From the NCBI GenBank assembly GCA_002633005.1, contig NMRA01000462.1, positions 289,594-353,593 of the forward strand: a DNA stretch of 64,000 nt, written 5' to 3'. The stretch's first letter is position 1, and each line of letters opens with the position of its first letter. This stretch comes from Phoronis australis. Lineage: Eukaryota; Animalia; Phoronida. Positions 51,519 to 64,000 of the stretch are shown in pieces. The notes beneath the pieces were generated by a model that was not told where the DNA came from, made no database searches, and saw only the letters and a program-made list of their open reading frames with translations. The translations under genes and the position numbers were made by a program.

Positions 51519-52656
51519 AGGCCTTTTGCGAGTTTATAACAATAACGCGAGATTATGTGAGACTTACCTGTGACGTCACGGGAAGTGGGGCAAAAGCTTG
51601 TCGTTTGGTCATTTGCCCAATACGGTAGCAGAGTGTATTCTGTTATTGTCTTCGAGTTTTTAGCTGTTTAGTTCGAAAAATGTCCAAAAAGCATTGCTGT
51701 TATGGCAAATGAACTTCAGATTCGCACTACAATACGTTCTATCGCGTTCTGTACTAATTTCGTCCCGTGTATTTTAAACGGGCGGTAGGCGAAATCCGTT
51801 CCCTGATAAAGTTTTCACCTCGTCAAAAATACATTCTACACCTAAAATTACCACCTAAAAGGCTCTTACTTTCTTCAGTGACTCTTTCTGCTTCTAAACA
51901 TATCTTCGATGAAGCATATATACGGGAATTCAGGTGACTTTGGCGAAGAATTCCAACTCCACTTTGTGGTTACTGTTAGCTTTGTCCGCGCGCGCGATAA
52001 CCACAATCAAGTATTTCAACTGAGTCAGGTGAGTATGAGGCAAAGGCTAGCGCGAGACTGAGCGAAGCGCGACATCTGGCGCGTGACACTTGCAAAATAG
52101 TATGAGAAAATATCAAGTGAAATTTGTAAGATTTTTCGTCAACAGGCGTGATTTCACGTAACTTCCTCAAAATGGCGGCTAGTGAGAGAAACTCGAGAGA
52201 ACCGCGAGGTTTTCATGAATATGCTCAAGTTATTTGTAGATTAAATTGTGTTCAGAGTCAGGGTATGTGTTAATTATAACTTCATGTGCACATATGCATG
52301 TTTCATTTGATTTTATTTGCTGTATTTTGAAGTGAATATCTTTTTATGGGGATACACTATTGCTCCTGTATGCCTGCGCCATTCAGGCCTTTGCGGGTTA
52401 AGTTCCAATTTCAGTCCGTTCACAGCTTCGCACAACATAACAAGTTCACATTTTCTTCCTCCATTCACAGTTATTCCACGACCCATCTACCATATCTTAA
52501 GTTGTTTTAACGTTTTAAGCGAAAAATTCACCACAAGAACTCCAGTAAGTTTTAGCGTGTGTAGCAATGACTCGGGGCAAAACAAGAGCAATATGGCGGG
52601 TTTTGCCCCCTTTCCGGTGACGTCACAGTGACTAACGAGAAACTCGCAAGTGAGCT
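51519..52656. mobile_element. Deleted PIF/Harbinger-group (ISL2EU-like) DNA transposon
   Basis: AT on both flanks; imperfect TIRs ttgcgagttt/aaactcgcaa and ctgtgacgtcacgggaagtggggcaaaa/ttttgccccctttccggtgacgtcacag; THAP-like start MSKKHCCYGK*TSDS at 51680 (+) and a convergent SAP-like remnant (-). Confidence 0.62.
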
Positions 52657-53662
52657 ATTCGAGGTTATGGAAAACCTTCTCTGTATTTACCCAGATGTCT
52701 ACAAAACTAAGTAAATTGGTATGAAGTTTCTGAAAGCAGAATGCCAGAAGAATTTGATTTTTTACCATTTATTGAACAGCTATTGATTGGATCACCATGT
52801 CATTTTAGTAAAATTTATTAACAAAGAAATAAGGTACATATATAAAACAACAGTATTAGTAACATGAACTAATCTCTATGATATCAATGTTCAAGATGAA
52901 ATCTCAAAAACACTGTTACATTACCTAAATTATCATTTCATTTTTGATCAATGCAACTTTGTACTTTTTTCATATCATTAAATGTCCAATTTTCTATAGC
53001 CCCTGATGCAAAAATGGAATATTTTACCCCTAATTGCTAGCAGCATTTTGAAAAATTTTGCATAAAGCATTCTATCTGAAAGACTCGTATGAATCCAAAC
53101 AGCCACTTTAGGGATATGATGTTCCAAAGGTAGCTCACTCTGGACATTTGTCAAGGGTCCTACATAAACATCAGATAACTGAAAATTTATTGACAAATTT
53201 TTTCGGTGTAAACTTCTGAATACTACACACATTTTATTTCTGTCAACTGTTTTCTACAGCTGCACTACTCTGCAAATTTCATGAAGTCCACTGTTTGGTT
53301 TTCCAAGATTAACCAACTCGCAAAAGCCAAAAAAAGCAAGCTGACCATGTCTTCTCGCAGAAAATCGGCAAGTTTTTGCAGCATAAATTTTAACACCTTG
53401 TCTTCTTACTAGATGTCCATTTTATGTTCCTTTGATGACGTGTCCACATCTGCCAATCACAATCTCACACACTGCTTCACGAATTATTAATTGGGATACG
53501 CCGTTATTTCCAACAAAATGATGCATGCTTTTCGTTTCAACCTTCATCATCAGATATCAACCACTTACTTTGGAATTGCACATTTTTTCAATGTAAAATT
53601 TAACCCTCAACCACAGCATCGAGACAGATCTTTGGATAGACAAAAGAGGTTACATGACTTAC

Positions 53663-53756
53663 ATCATAAATGACAGCGGAGTGACCGTATCTCTGAAGTG
53701 GCTTGAGTGCTGACTTGGGACTTATATTTTTCCATGTGCGATTTGGAATGTCAAAC
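53663..53756 (-). CDS. ATRN: Attractin exon, Kelch
   Basis: FDIPNRTWKNISPKSALKPLQRYGHSAVIYD; RYGHS motif; donor gtaagt. Confidence 0.93.
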
Positions 53757-54906
53757 CTGCAAATTGAAATACAGTGATCACAGTAATCTAAAGAGCTTAA
53801 TCCTTGCTACTTATGACGTTTACAAAATAAACCTAAAATTTGCTATCAACTCCAAAGAACGGGACTTGAAATACTAATTGCCCGGATGGCAACTGGTTCC
53901 TACTGTCAGTGGAAATCAACAGATCAACCTATGATTGACATCAAGCTGGCCAATTTCAATCCAGTTACAACAGATGAGTTTTCAGAATCCTTTCTCAATA
54001 TTGATTCCCTGAATGATAAGTTTGGGGTGGAAATGATTTTCTATCCCAATTTGGACAGGTTTGAGATGTATTGAGAGTAGTACAGAGAATTAGACCAGAA
54101 AACGAAAAATCATTATATCCAGGAAATTTTGGTTTTGGTGAAACAAAAACTTCTCCAGAATTCTTGATCAAACTGAAAATTTACAATTTTCCTTTTTTTT
54201 CTAATGACACTAAACCTTTACCTATGCAATGGCTTCGTAACAAACAAAACAACAATGACATTGGGTTAAAATGGGTTAAAATTATCTTGTTTACTCACAA
54301 TGATTGCAAAAAAATTATCGATTCACGAAAATTAAAGAGAAATTTAGCAGAAACATACATCACTGTCTGAAAAATAGATTTAGATGTTGAGCACCGACTA
54401 GTAACCAGGTCAGGCAAATATAGCTGAGGAGGAAAACACAAGTCAGTCGACAGACGACAAAGAGCAACAGTAAAAAGCTGTACCTTTTCCAAAAACTTGT
54501 TAGTTTCCTGTGACAAGGTATAGGGTGGTTTAGTATTGAATGCTGCTTTACTGCAACCTCGCCAATCTACCCCAGTCTGCGACTTAACAGATCACGGAAT
54601 ACAATTTCATTTTCCACAACTTGCTTTTGCCCACTGACAGTAAACTTGTAATAATTTTTTAATGTCAGTTCCCGGGATTTTAAGTGAAAGTGCAATACGA
54701 CACACAGAATTCTTTATCTCTTGAAATTTTCCGCGAGTTTTCACCTTTTTCATTCAACACTAGATTTCCGAGCAAGGAATCCATTTTTACGCACTTTCCA
54801 GGTTTCCAGGTACGTCATGACGAGTAGGAAACATGGAAGATCTAAGCCTGGAACTTGACAATCCACACCACCTGCTCACATATACCGACTAACTGCATGT
54901 ACTCAC

Positions 54907-55075
54907 CTCACCAGGTTCTGGAAGCCAGGATCACCAAAACCACTGCCACTAATGACCCACATATATTCGTTGAGGACTACCGCGCGGTGTGATGCTCGAC
55001 CCATGGGGGTAAAGTTGCCCTTGACGTAGACCGGGTTCCAGACGCCATCCCTGAGGGGCCGGCTGCAGTCAATAC
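54907..55075 (-). CDS. ATRN: Attractin exon, start of Kelch region
   Basis: GIDCSRPLRDGVWNP...GRASHRAVVLNEYMWVISG...; RASHxAVV motif; donor gtgagt. Confidence 0.93.
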
Positions 55076-55459
55076 CTGACAAAGAGAAATTGAAGGAAAA
55101 TTAATTGCTGTATGAAACGCAAAATAAAAACCAGGTTACTCAAGCGCACAACCTAACCTTTTAGTCAACCCTTTCAAAAAACCTAAGCTTGCAGAAGTAA
55201 TATCCCTTGCTCCAAGCTAGGGACCGCAGTCATGAACCCGCCCAATGTTCCCGCCTTCAAAAAAAAAGCTACTGGGAGTTGGTACGTTACATGCGGCAGT
55301 ACCACTGAGTTTGCTGTGTCTTCTGGGGTCCACTTTGCATACTTCTTAAATTTCCATGAATAATTGTCACCTTCTCTTTATTTGTGTTGTTGACTTCCTC
55401 CTATGTTGTTCTACGGAAGGCACACCCCCACATAAGACAGATAATCCTTCCGTGCCTAC

Positions 55460-55638
55460 CTCTATAACCTGTGTCACAGCGACACTTCCTGTCAACTGTA
55501 TCGCACACTCCATGATTGCTGCAGTTCCTAGGACAGACAGGAATTTCGCACGCCTCACCCTGCCATGAGGGGTTGCAATGACATGTTGTGTCGTTGCAGT
55601 AACCATTACCAGAACAATTCTTGGGACAGTTAGACGAC
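55460..55638 (-). CDS. ATRN: Attractin exon, EGF-like repeats
   Basis: SSNCPKNCSGNGYCNDTTCHCNPSWQGEACEIPVCPRNCSNHGVCDTVDRKCRCDTGYR; AG/GT flanks, phases 2/1. Confidence 0.94.
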
Positions 55639-56410
55639 CTAAAATAGACAACAGAAAGACATTAATATTCTTGTGTGAACCGCAAAACAAACGACTGTAG
55701 TTTTAGAAAATAATTGTCAAAATGTGCTCTCAGCTATCAAAGAAATTACACAAACAAAATATGCAACTATTTTTCTAATGACAGCAAGATCACCCATTTT
55801 TTGTTTTCCGTCAATGTAATGCAATTAATAGACAAACATTAAGCAATGGAGTGTGGTTTTTAATAAAGCACTAAGCATGAACAAATGTTCCAATTTTCAA
55901 AAATGCACGGATTGAAGGATATTCAAATCAGTTTTTCACGAGGCTGGGCAAACACCATCTTACAACTATAGTTCATTCACGGCATTTCAACTGACAAAAT
56001 AAATCATTCCTGGAAGATTCAAAGCAGTCATGAACCCAAACAAGTCAGCTGATGAAATATTTACCTGTACCTGCTGATTATTTATGAGAAACCCCCCCAA
56101 GGACAAGGCAAGTTAGTTAATTTTCTTAAAAGTAAACCAATGACTCTCCATTACTATATGAAAAAGAGAAGGAATTAGCTAAGCCAATGAATAGTGTAAT
56201 GGACTTTTGCTTTGGAGATCAGAGTTCAATCAAGAGTTAGACAAAATCCAAAGGACAGACGAACAACAATTAGACGATAGCTACGATTATAGTCCGTATT
56301 CCCCCTACATGTATTGAAGCCTGGTGCACCACCATGTTTGAAATGTTTGGCACCTTGTTTCCAAATCTTGAGTGTTGTTTGAAAGACCTGAGCCATGTTT
56401 AAACTCTTAC

Positions 56411-57096
56411 GGTTACATAGAACGTTCTTTACCAGGTTGTACTTCTATGCAAATATCTTAAATTCTGTTAGCTCTAACCCCTACAAAGTATATCTTTTCT
56501 GAAAGGTGAATAAATTTCCTAACATAATTGTTATTTACTAGACCGTCTTAATTTTTTTAAGAGATATGTGTTTTGAGCAAAAAAAATTTGACTATGAACA
56601 GAGATTTTAAAAATATTGCTCCTTCAATTATATTGGTCTTTTGTCAACATTTTGGTAATGGCATTTGTGAGGGAACCGTATCTCAGATTTTTTAAATAGG
56701 TCTCAGTTTTTTAGAACAAAGCCTTCAAAAATCAAGAGTACGTCAGTTTTTGCTGAAAATGCTCTAAAAAGTCGATAATTAAAAAACTAAAACCTATTTC
56801 AAAAACCAGAGACAAGGTTCCCTCGAAAATGCCGTCATCAACATGTTGACAAAAGACCAATATGATTGAAGGAACAATATTTTCAAAATCTCAGTTTTAA
56901 GTAAAAAAGAAACTTCTAAAAACGCATATCTCGTGAAAAAATAGAGAGAACTAAGAAAACAAGAATAATAAATTTTGTTAGGAAATTTATTCACCTTTCA
57001 GAAAATATATACTTTGTAGGGGTTAGAGCTAACAGTATTTAAGATATTTGCATATGCCAGGTAAGTACAACCTGGTAAACAAAGTTCAAAGTAACC
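56411..57096. mobile_element. Nearly fully palindromic MITE of about 690 bp
   Basis: gttagctctaacccctacaaagtatat...gaaaggtgaataaatttcctaaca is mirrored at 56977-57033; the inner arms atattggtcttttgtcaacat/atgttgacaaaagaccaatat are also mirrored. Confidence 0.85.
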
Positions 57097-58415
57097 TAAG
57101 TTAAAGCCACAGCTACAAACAAGACAAATGATTGAAACAGTGTTGTACAGTCTTAGTGGTACTTATTTTTACTTGCAGAGAAAATGACAACATGCTAAAC
57201 AAGTGAAAATAATGTGTAACTAATTGCTGTTTTTCTCAATTAAAAGCAAGGAAACTGGGATACAAAAACATGATCATATGCACCACGTTTAAATTTCTGC
57301 TCAGTGACAACCCTGAGAGTATATCTTTAATTTTACTTCACTGCTACACACACTCAATTGAGAAAAGACATTTTCGAAATTATTGACATTTCTTGCAATC
57401 AAAACACAAACACAACCTGAATGCAGGGATCGAATTTAGCACAAAAGGGGCTCCTGTACGGTTATTTAGGACAGGACCCCAGAAAAATTCCAAATATGGC
57501 AAACTTTTGAACATCATATGTCAGAAAATGCTGATCGTTTTCATACAAAACACTCAGATACTATGTTTTATGCAGTATTCTCCAAACAGCTGTCATGAAT
57601 TTTTATTTAAATTTTCCACTTGCGTATGAGGTGCTATGAAAGTAGGACTTCTGTGTGATTTTCATGACAAACTCTTAAGTACCACGACAAAACTAAAACA
57701 AAAATATTCTAAAAGTCTGTAACAGCAAGTTCGAAACCTCATCCTGAACATTTACATCAAATAAAATGTGGTGATCATGTTGCTTATGCTGTTGTTTGCT
57801 TTCAATGTACATTCTTTTTGCTAAATTTTACAAAAGACACGATCGTGTGACCCAATTGATGGCAGATTGGTAAAAAGCCAAAAATCAAATTCTACTGTCT
57901 CTTTTCACTTTCAGAAAATATATAGTTTTACCCAGTTAAAATCTATAGTTTTGTAAACATATGGCTAAATGTGCATACTTGTCAATACAGTCCTACACAA
58001 CCTTACCAATTTCACTTGTAGACACTGGGATAAAAGCACATAAATGCATATTAAACAGTATTTGTTTTGAAATAGGCTGCAAACTTGTGAAAAAGCTCTT
58101 GACCAGAAACATGTGTTAGGAAACGAAAATTAGAGAGCTAACTAAAATTCTTTCTTTCATGAATTGATATTGAAACACACAGGGTCAAGCACAGTTCTTA
58201 CAGTATCGTTTGCCAGCCAAGACAATGACGCAAACTCAACACAGGACTGTTAGAGCCGCTGTACTAAACTCCCAGCCATTTCTGTTCCTGTAACATTCAT
58301 CACAACAGGCTAGTCCTACTACATGGCTGTGTGACAATATGCAGTTCACACATAACATGACACACACAAGCTTTCTTGACATTTAAAAATGCCACATCTG
58401 GAAACTGGAACTTAC

Positions 58416-58535
58416 TGAAATTTTATGCTGAAGCCACTCATGTTGTACGCAGCATCACTGAAGAAATGGAGAAACGCGTATCCAGACTGAGTCCTGATCT
58501 CAGGTAGTTTAGCAGCCCTGGGATTCAGCAGGCCA
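58416..58535 (-). CDS. ATRN: Attractin exon, end of CUB domain (first exon visible in the window)
   Basis: cttcacag| and |gtaagt; GLLNPRAAKLPEIRTQSGYAFLHFFSDAAYNMSGFSIKF matches the attractin SGYALLHFFSDAAYN motif. Missed by the ORF track. Confidence 0.95.
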
Positions 58536-58821
58536 CTGTGAAGATGAAAGTATGCAATTTGTTAGCTACTAACAGGCATTATGGATGCAATCTCACCAAT
58601 TTAGGAAACAATATGGCAGAAGGGTAAAATATTATTTTCTCATGTTTTTACAAATGATATACAGTACCACAGTGATGGTTTACTTTATCCAAGTTCTGCA
58701 CCATAGCTACCATAGCTTCAATATTTTGAAAAATTGTGGGCATTCACATGTGCTGGAAGCCCTTGAAAAATGAAAAAAAAAATGAAATCTTCGCAATCAA
58801 GTCCTTAAGTGGTTGGATTTT

Positions 58822-59220
58822 ACCATATCTTTGTAAGGTATTTTATGACTTTCACCAATCAGTCACACTAAATGGCCTGAAGAAATCAATGCCAGAGAAA
58901 GTAAACGACAGTTCTGTTGTCATACGTTCTAACGCCAAATCTGCCACCATCTGCGTTGACAAAGTATCTCATAAATGCATGTAACGAAGAGACTGACAAT
59001 GTGGCACAGCACCATTTCCTGCAGTCAACCACAAGTTTTGTCGCAAATGAGAGCACATGAATCCTTCATCCATATGGTGAATCACTAACGTTGTCGTGTG
59101 ACTTTTCCTATGCAAACTCAGTGGATGCGAGGCTTTTTCATACAGCGAGGATTTTCAGAACCTACTGCCAACACGAATCACACCAGCATTGTCGAACACC
59201 AGATCCACATTGCTTAGTGG
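58822..59220 (-). mobile_element. BEL/Pao LTR retrotransposon integrase fossil
   Basis: VDLVFDNAGVIRVGSRF*KSSL...HPLSLHRKSHTTTLVIHH...LRQNLW...QMVADLALER...FTFSGIDFFRPF...QRYG matches the BEL pattern GxxRVGGRL...HPxxLP...Q.MADLP..R...FT..G.D.FGP...KRYG; in-frame stops. Confidence 0.8.
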
Positions 59221-61475
59221 AGTATTCGGTTGTTAATTAATCCTGTGAAATTTGACGGAATTCCGAATCCCAACAAATTTGTGTCCCAATGTAAAAAAAT
59301 TTCCTAATAATAATACGCCTGAAAAAATACTAGTACTATGTCCACCAATCATCATATAGAATGATACTACCAATAAGTGATATCCCTGTAATCGAGCCAA
59401 TATACCTCCTGGTTGCCACAACAACATACAGAAGATGTGCCGAGACCTCTTTTCTTACATCAGAATAACGTGTAAATTCATTAAGTGAATGTGTCAGCCA
59501 GGGACTGATCAATAAAATTCCAGAACAATAACCTCAATTATACAATCACAATCGCATTCAAGTCAAGATACTTCCATTAAAAAAATCAAAAAGAAATTCA
59601 TTCTATGGTTAGCATAAAGTAACACAGAGCCAAATTGTGTAAGGTATTAAAACAAAAAGGCAATATTAAGATACCTAATTTAAACTAGTTGTCTACAAGA
59701 TCATTGCCATAGCATGTAAACATGGCATGTCACTGACTTGTTTTTATGCAACACAACACGCCCAAACACCTTGTATAACACAGCTCATATCAGACCTTAT
59801 ATTTATATTGAATAGTGACGTCACATACAGTTTAATAGTGAGTGCTTTACAATGTGGGAACATGTATAAGATGATGACACCAGTTAAAAATGTAGTTTGT
59901 AAAGGACGATCTATTCACAATCATAATGGCTTCATCTCATCAGAAGAAGGAAGTTGATAATACATGAACTTACACAATCGTCTACTCCCTACCAAAAATG
60001 AAACGTGACCCTACATCACAATAAAAATCACAAGTCTACCTAATTTCAAAATTGCACTCTCCAAGGGAAATAATCGATTTTCTCCCACACTTAATGTTCA
60101 ATTACTGTAGTTTGTTCTTTAAAAACACGAATTTGTCAAATTGTTTGGACACGGGACCCTGAAATTTTCAACACAACCTGATGCTCAATAAAGGAGTGGT
60201 GAAGACTTCATGGCGACAAGTTATATACATTAAAAAGCAGTCAAAAATAGGATGCCATAAACATAAATCACAATAACAATAATAATAATGATAATAATAA
60301 TATTATAATATGAAATGATGCTGCTTAGCAGCAAAAGCGAGTAAAAACTGCAGCTTAATTTTGCTGTAAACTAAAGTATTATTTGTGCTTAAGACGATTA
60401 TTTCAAATCATGTCAGTTAAAGAAGTAACGGAGAGAGATTGTGTAGGTGTCAAAAACTGAGTAAGTACACCACTAAATGTAGTGATTTTAGTACATTCCA
60501 CTTGTGCTCAAACGGTGATCAACCATTGCACCACTATTACGGACATTCAATGTACTGAATAATAACAATAACAGCATAAGCAGGAACATAATGATGCCAC
60601 CAAACCAGAGGAATTTATGCAACCCATAGTAATTATTCAGTTTGCACAAAAATAAATGCTAAATCTATACGTTTTCAAAAGCGGGCACCTTTGCTGCAAA
60701 TAGTAAAATAAAAATTAAATGTTGCTTTATGCCACCAGTATAGTTCGAACTATTACGACTCCAAATATTCTTAATTTTCATCTTTATTAATATTTAAGAC
60801 CACTTTTAACTACAATGCAGCCCACTTAATGACCCTCGGTTTCCATGTAAATTATGACATGCTGGATACGTGAGTTCCGACTTGGAAATGATCACAACTG
60901 TTCCTAAAGCTGATCATACTGGACGCGAGAACCTCGTACAAATGCAAGATCATGCCAAACATTGTCATGCATTACAAACAATGCAAACGATCCCATTAGC
61001 TTTACTTGTGAGATTCTTTCGTCTGTGGTACTCAACCCAGGGAGATATTTGGTTAGATGTGTTGAAATAATGAGAACTTAACAGGTCCTACAGAATTACT
61101 ATGGACGTGTTTTTATTCTTCATTAGATTAATCATGTGATACTGCAGTACATGTAGTTTGAAATCATCCCTTTTCTTTAGTTGGAAGGTAAGACAAGAAA
61201 CGACTCATTTTTTACCACCTGATGCCGAGTTTTGATAGTGCGAATGAATTGAAGATGAATTAGGTTGGTTTTCAGCGAGAAAAAAAGAAAGTACACACCA
61301 TAAGTTGTTCATTTTTAATGTCGATATCCGGGACTATGACGATAAATCAGGGTATAATGAGGATTACTTTACACGGCTTTAATGGGAGATAATTCATTTG
61401 TGGCATTACAAAACAATAAGCAGGATATTCTATTATCCAGTATGGCATTAAGTGGGCTTCACTGTTTGACAGGAG

Positions 61476-61550
61476 GTAGTGTGGTCAAGTGGGTTGGGTG
61501 TCTTAACTCCTGTTCACAAGGTACTATGTTTGAATCCCACTGGTCCCCGA
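61476..61550 (+). mobile_element. Degenerate tRNA-derived SINE head
   Basis: gtgtggtcaagtgg (A-box-like) ... gtttgaatccc (B-box-like). Confidence 0.4.
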
Positions 61551-61720
61551 TGTTACATCCTTCAGTCAGGTCTCTATCTCTTCAGCTCGTTCTCGTAAAT
61601 ATGTTTATATGTCTACAACATGTGTTTATTAATAAATGAAAATGGATTCAGGTGTTTTGTGCAATGGGCCCGCCTAAGTGTCTTGTGCACGTCAGTTGCA
61701 ACACGCACTATTTTTCAAAC

Positions 61721-61843
61721 TATGTTACTTTCACCACAATTTACAAAGAAATTGGAAACCCACGTCATGCTCATTTTTAAACTACCGGTATGTTACTTTC
61801 AACACAATTTACAAAGAAATGTGAAACTCACGTCATGCTCATT
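61721..61843. repeat. Tandem duplication, period 68 bp
   Basis: tatgttactttca(c/a)cacaatttacaaagaaat...cacgtcatgctcatt at 61721 and 61789. Confidence 0.85.
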
Positions 61844-64000
61844 CAGCTGAGAAATACATGTACAAAAATGCCTTTCGATCTAAGATCATTCGTAGTTTCA
61901 GGATATTGACTCATTTATAAAATATCTGAATATTACCCTTTGACTTCAAATAACATACTTAATTTTTAAAAGTGTTTGTGTTGAGCTTTCGTTTTAATAG
62001 AGTTTTCTTAGAGGGTGACATCAAATTTCACAATGACGTCACATGAAACATGAGGATATGCAAAAATGCAAGTATAGACATTATGACTCTTCATTTGCAA
62101 TAAAACAACAAATCCCAAATTTCTCATTCTAGTTTACTCACGTCAACGAAACGCAATTCACAATCTCAACAACATGACATAATCACCATCTAGTCAGATG
62201 CAGCAGAGGAAATCATAATCTGAAATTGCAGAGCTTTCTTTTGTGATCAGGCTTGAGCTAAACTAACACGTCCACGCTCTAATTTTTGTTATTTCATATC
62301 AAACACGTGAAGCATCAAACTAACTAAAAAAAAATAAATGTTGTAACTGATAGTGGAAAAGCAAAAAATCGAGGTACCCAAATCAAGAAAAGTTTACGTT
62401 TGAGACGTAAGAAAATAAGTGAACTAGGAAATCTAATTAAAGCCACTAAAATAGAAAACTAACAATATTCCTTTTTAAAGGATTTCATTTGCTGATTTAA
62501 TGGCAGAAACTTTTCAGTAACCGTGCCTCTGTTTAAGCAAAGGCAAAAATACGAAATGTGAAAATTTTAAAAAATCAACAATAAAGTGTGTGCAACCCCT
62601 AATCAGGTTTTAGACGGTATGTTTACTCAACATTGACATAAAGTACTGCATCAATGTGCAAGATAAGTACAGCTTGAAGAAATGAATCCGGAAGGTTTTT
62701 GAAAACAGAAACATGGAAGCCTTAATTTTACTACTATGGTACGGCATTTTTCAAACTATCACACAGTAATTAATACAAAAAGTTTTTCTCAGTTACTTGT
62801 CTAACACACAAAAATATTGGTTAACTGTGTCAAGAACTTCTGCAAATAACACTGACCTTAAAAGTTAAATATGCTTTTAAAATCACCTGACACCAAATGT
62901 GCTACTATAAAACGGTGCTATTGAAACGCTGATTTATCAGGGTTAGGTACATGTGAAAATCCCTACGAGTGCTACCTCGTACCACTACTACATGGACACT
63001 GATATCAAATGCGGTATCACTTGAATACTAATGTTCTTTCGATACAGAAAGCATGACTACATTCATCATGTTCGCTGATGACAAAACGAGGTCGTAAATA
63101 AAATAGATGCGAAAGCAATTGGGAACTCAAAAATGACTTCACGTAGGGTTTATGTTACGTCAAACGAGAGAACTGGACAAATAATTTAATAAATATTAAA
63201 CCGTCCACATTTTCAGTTTTCAATAAATCAAAAGGGGACTCTTCATATTGGAGCTCTTTAGAATAATAAGAGCACGAAAATGACTTCAAATTGATCCCGA
63301 CTCAAAGTCCTTTCATACTAACTGAACTCTGGTTTGAGCGGAACGTCGAAGTAAACTACGAAGCTACTTGAATTGTTCGTACCAGCTTCGCTACTTAACG
63401 GCATTCAAGTAAACGGTAGGTGACGCTGTCGTTATCAAAGGAGGTGCTAATACTTCCCATGTGCGATTTTTTAAATGTGACAATTGACTTAAATCTTATT
63501 CCTCAATTGATTCGTGATTATTCAAGCAAAATAAGCAACTATTAGCCAGGAGACTGTCCTTTAATTGTTGACGATGACAGTGGCCCCTGGCAATAATTTT
63601 GATGAGACCAGAGTTGACCGTATATATTGCTCCGCTATTAAATCCACATGTTCACTACAAAGTTAGCTGGCACTGTCAACTTTGATCCAGGACCGAAGTT
63701 AACCTCATACTGACCCCAACTCCCCAAATACTGATGCGTTGACGTAAGAATGAAAGGGCCTTCAGAGTTGGTGGACAGAAATTCAATTACTGCATGAGGG
63801 TTCATTAATTTAAAAATGGAGGAATAAGTTCCACTATCCCATTGTTTGATTAGCTTATGTTCACTAATTAATTTTAGCCTATTAATACTGGCTGGGATCA
63901 AATATCTCCCGCTTTATCAGCCGCAGCCAATGATTTTGTCACACATATTTCTTCGCAGTGGGAAATTTATGAAACACGATGTCCTTATTCATAGATTGAT

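Noticed and set aside
63638-63901. 87-aa ORF as an upstream attractin exon
   Set aside because: It lacks the expected CUB motif (FxTECxWDHLYxYDG) and any recognisable domain; the upstream exons must lie beyond the window.

Overview
This is an AT-rich, intron-rich animal (invertebrate-type) genomic window, not a prokaryotic one. Three genes can be built by hand with GT-AG junctions whose phases are consistent. (1) The last five coding exons of the 60S biogenesis factor MAK16 (+, 948-12441). (2) A 5'-truncated attractin/attractin-like gene (-, 24 coding exons, 58535 to about 24294, about 1,076 aa visible: CUB end, EGF, Kelch, PSI, laminin-EGF, TM, MASRPF tail), convergent with MAK16. (3) A two-coding-exon secreted C-type lectin-domain gene (+, 32317-33969) nested antisense inside an attractin intron. 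Introns and the intergenic region hold non-autonomous DNA transposons, fold-backs, tRNA-type SINE heads, LINE and BEL/Pao fossils, minisatellites, a 478-N gap and a probable haplotype-overlap artefact at a single N (41985). The most unusual observations are: this attractin lacks the vertebrate C-type lectin domain yet hosts a stand-alone lectin gene; that lectin has a prohormone-like dibasic-site pro-region and no EPN/QPD loop; a Helentron-like repeat carries CTCF-like motifs at about 145-160 bp spacing right behind the nested gene; and a 39-bp duplication of a splice acceptor could give a TM-less attractin. No CRISPR, rRNA or true tRNA was found. I see no demonstrably new system, so the findings are hypotheses. 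All homology calls come from recalled family motifs, not database searches.
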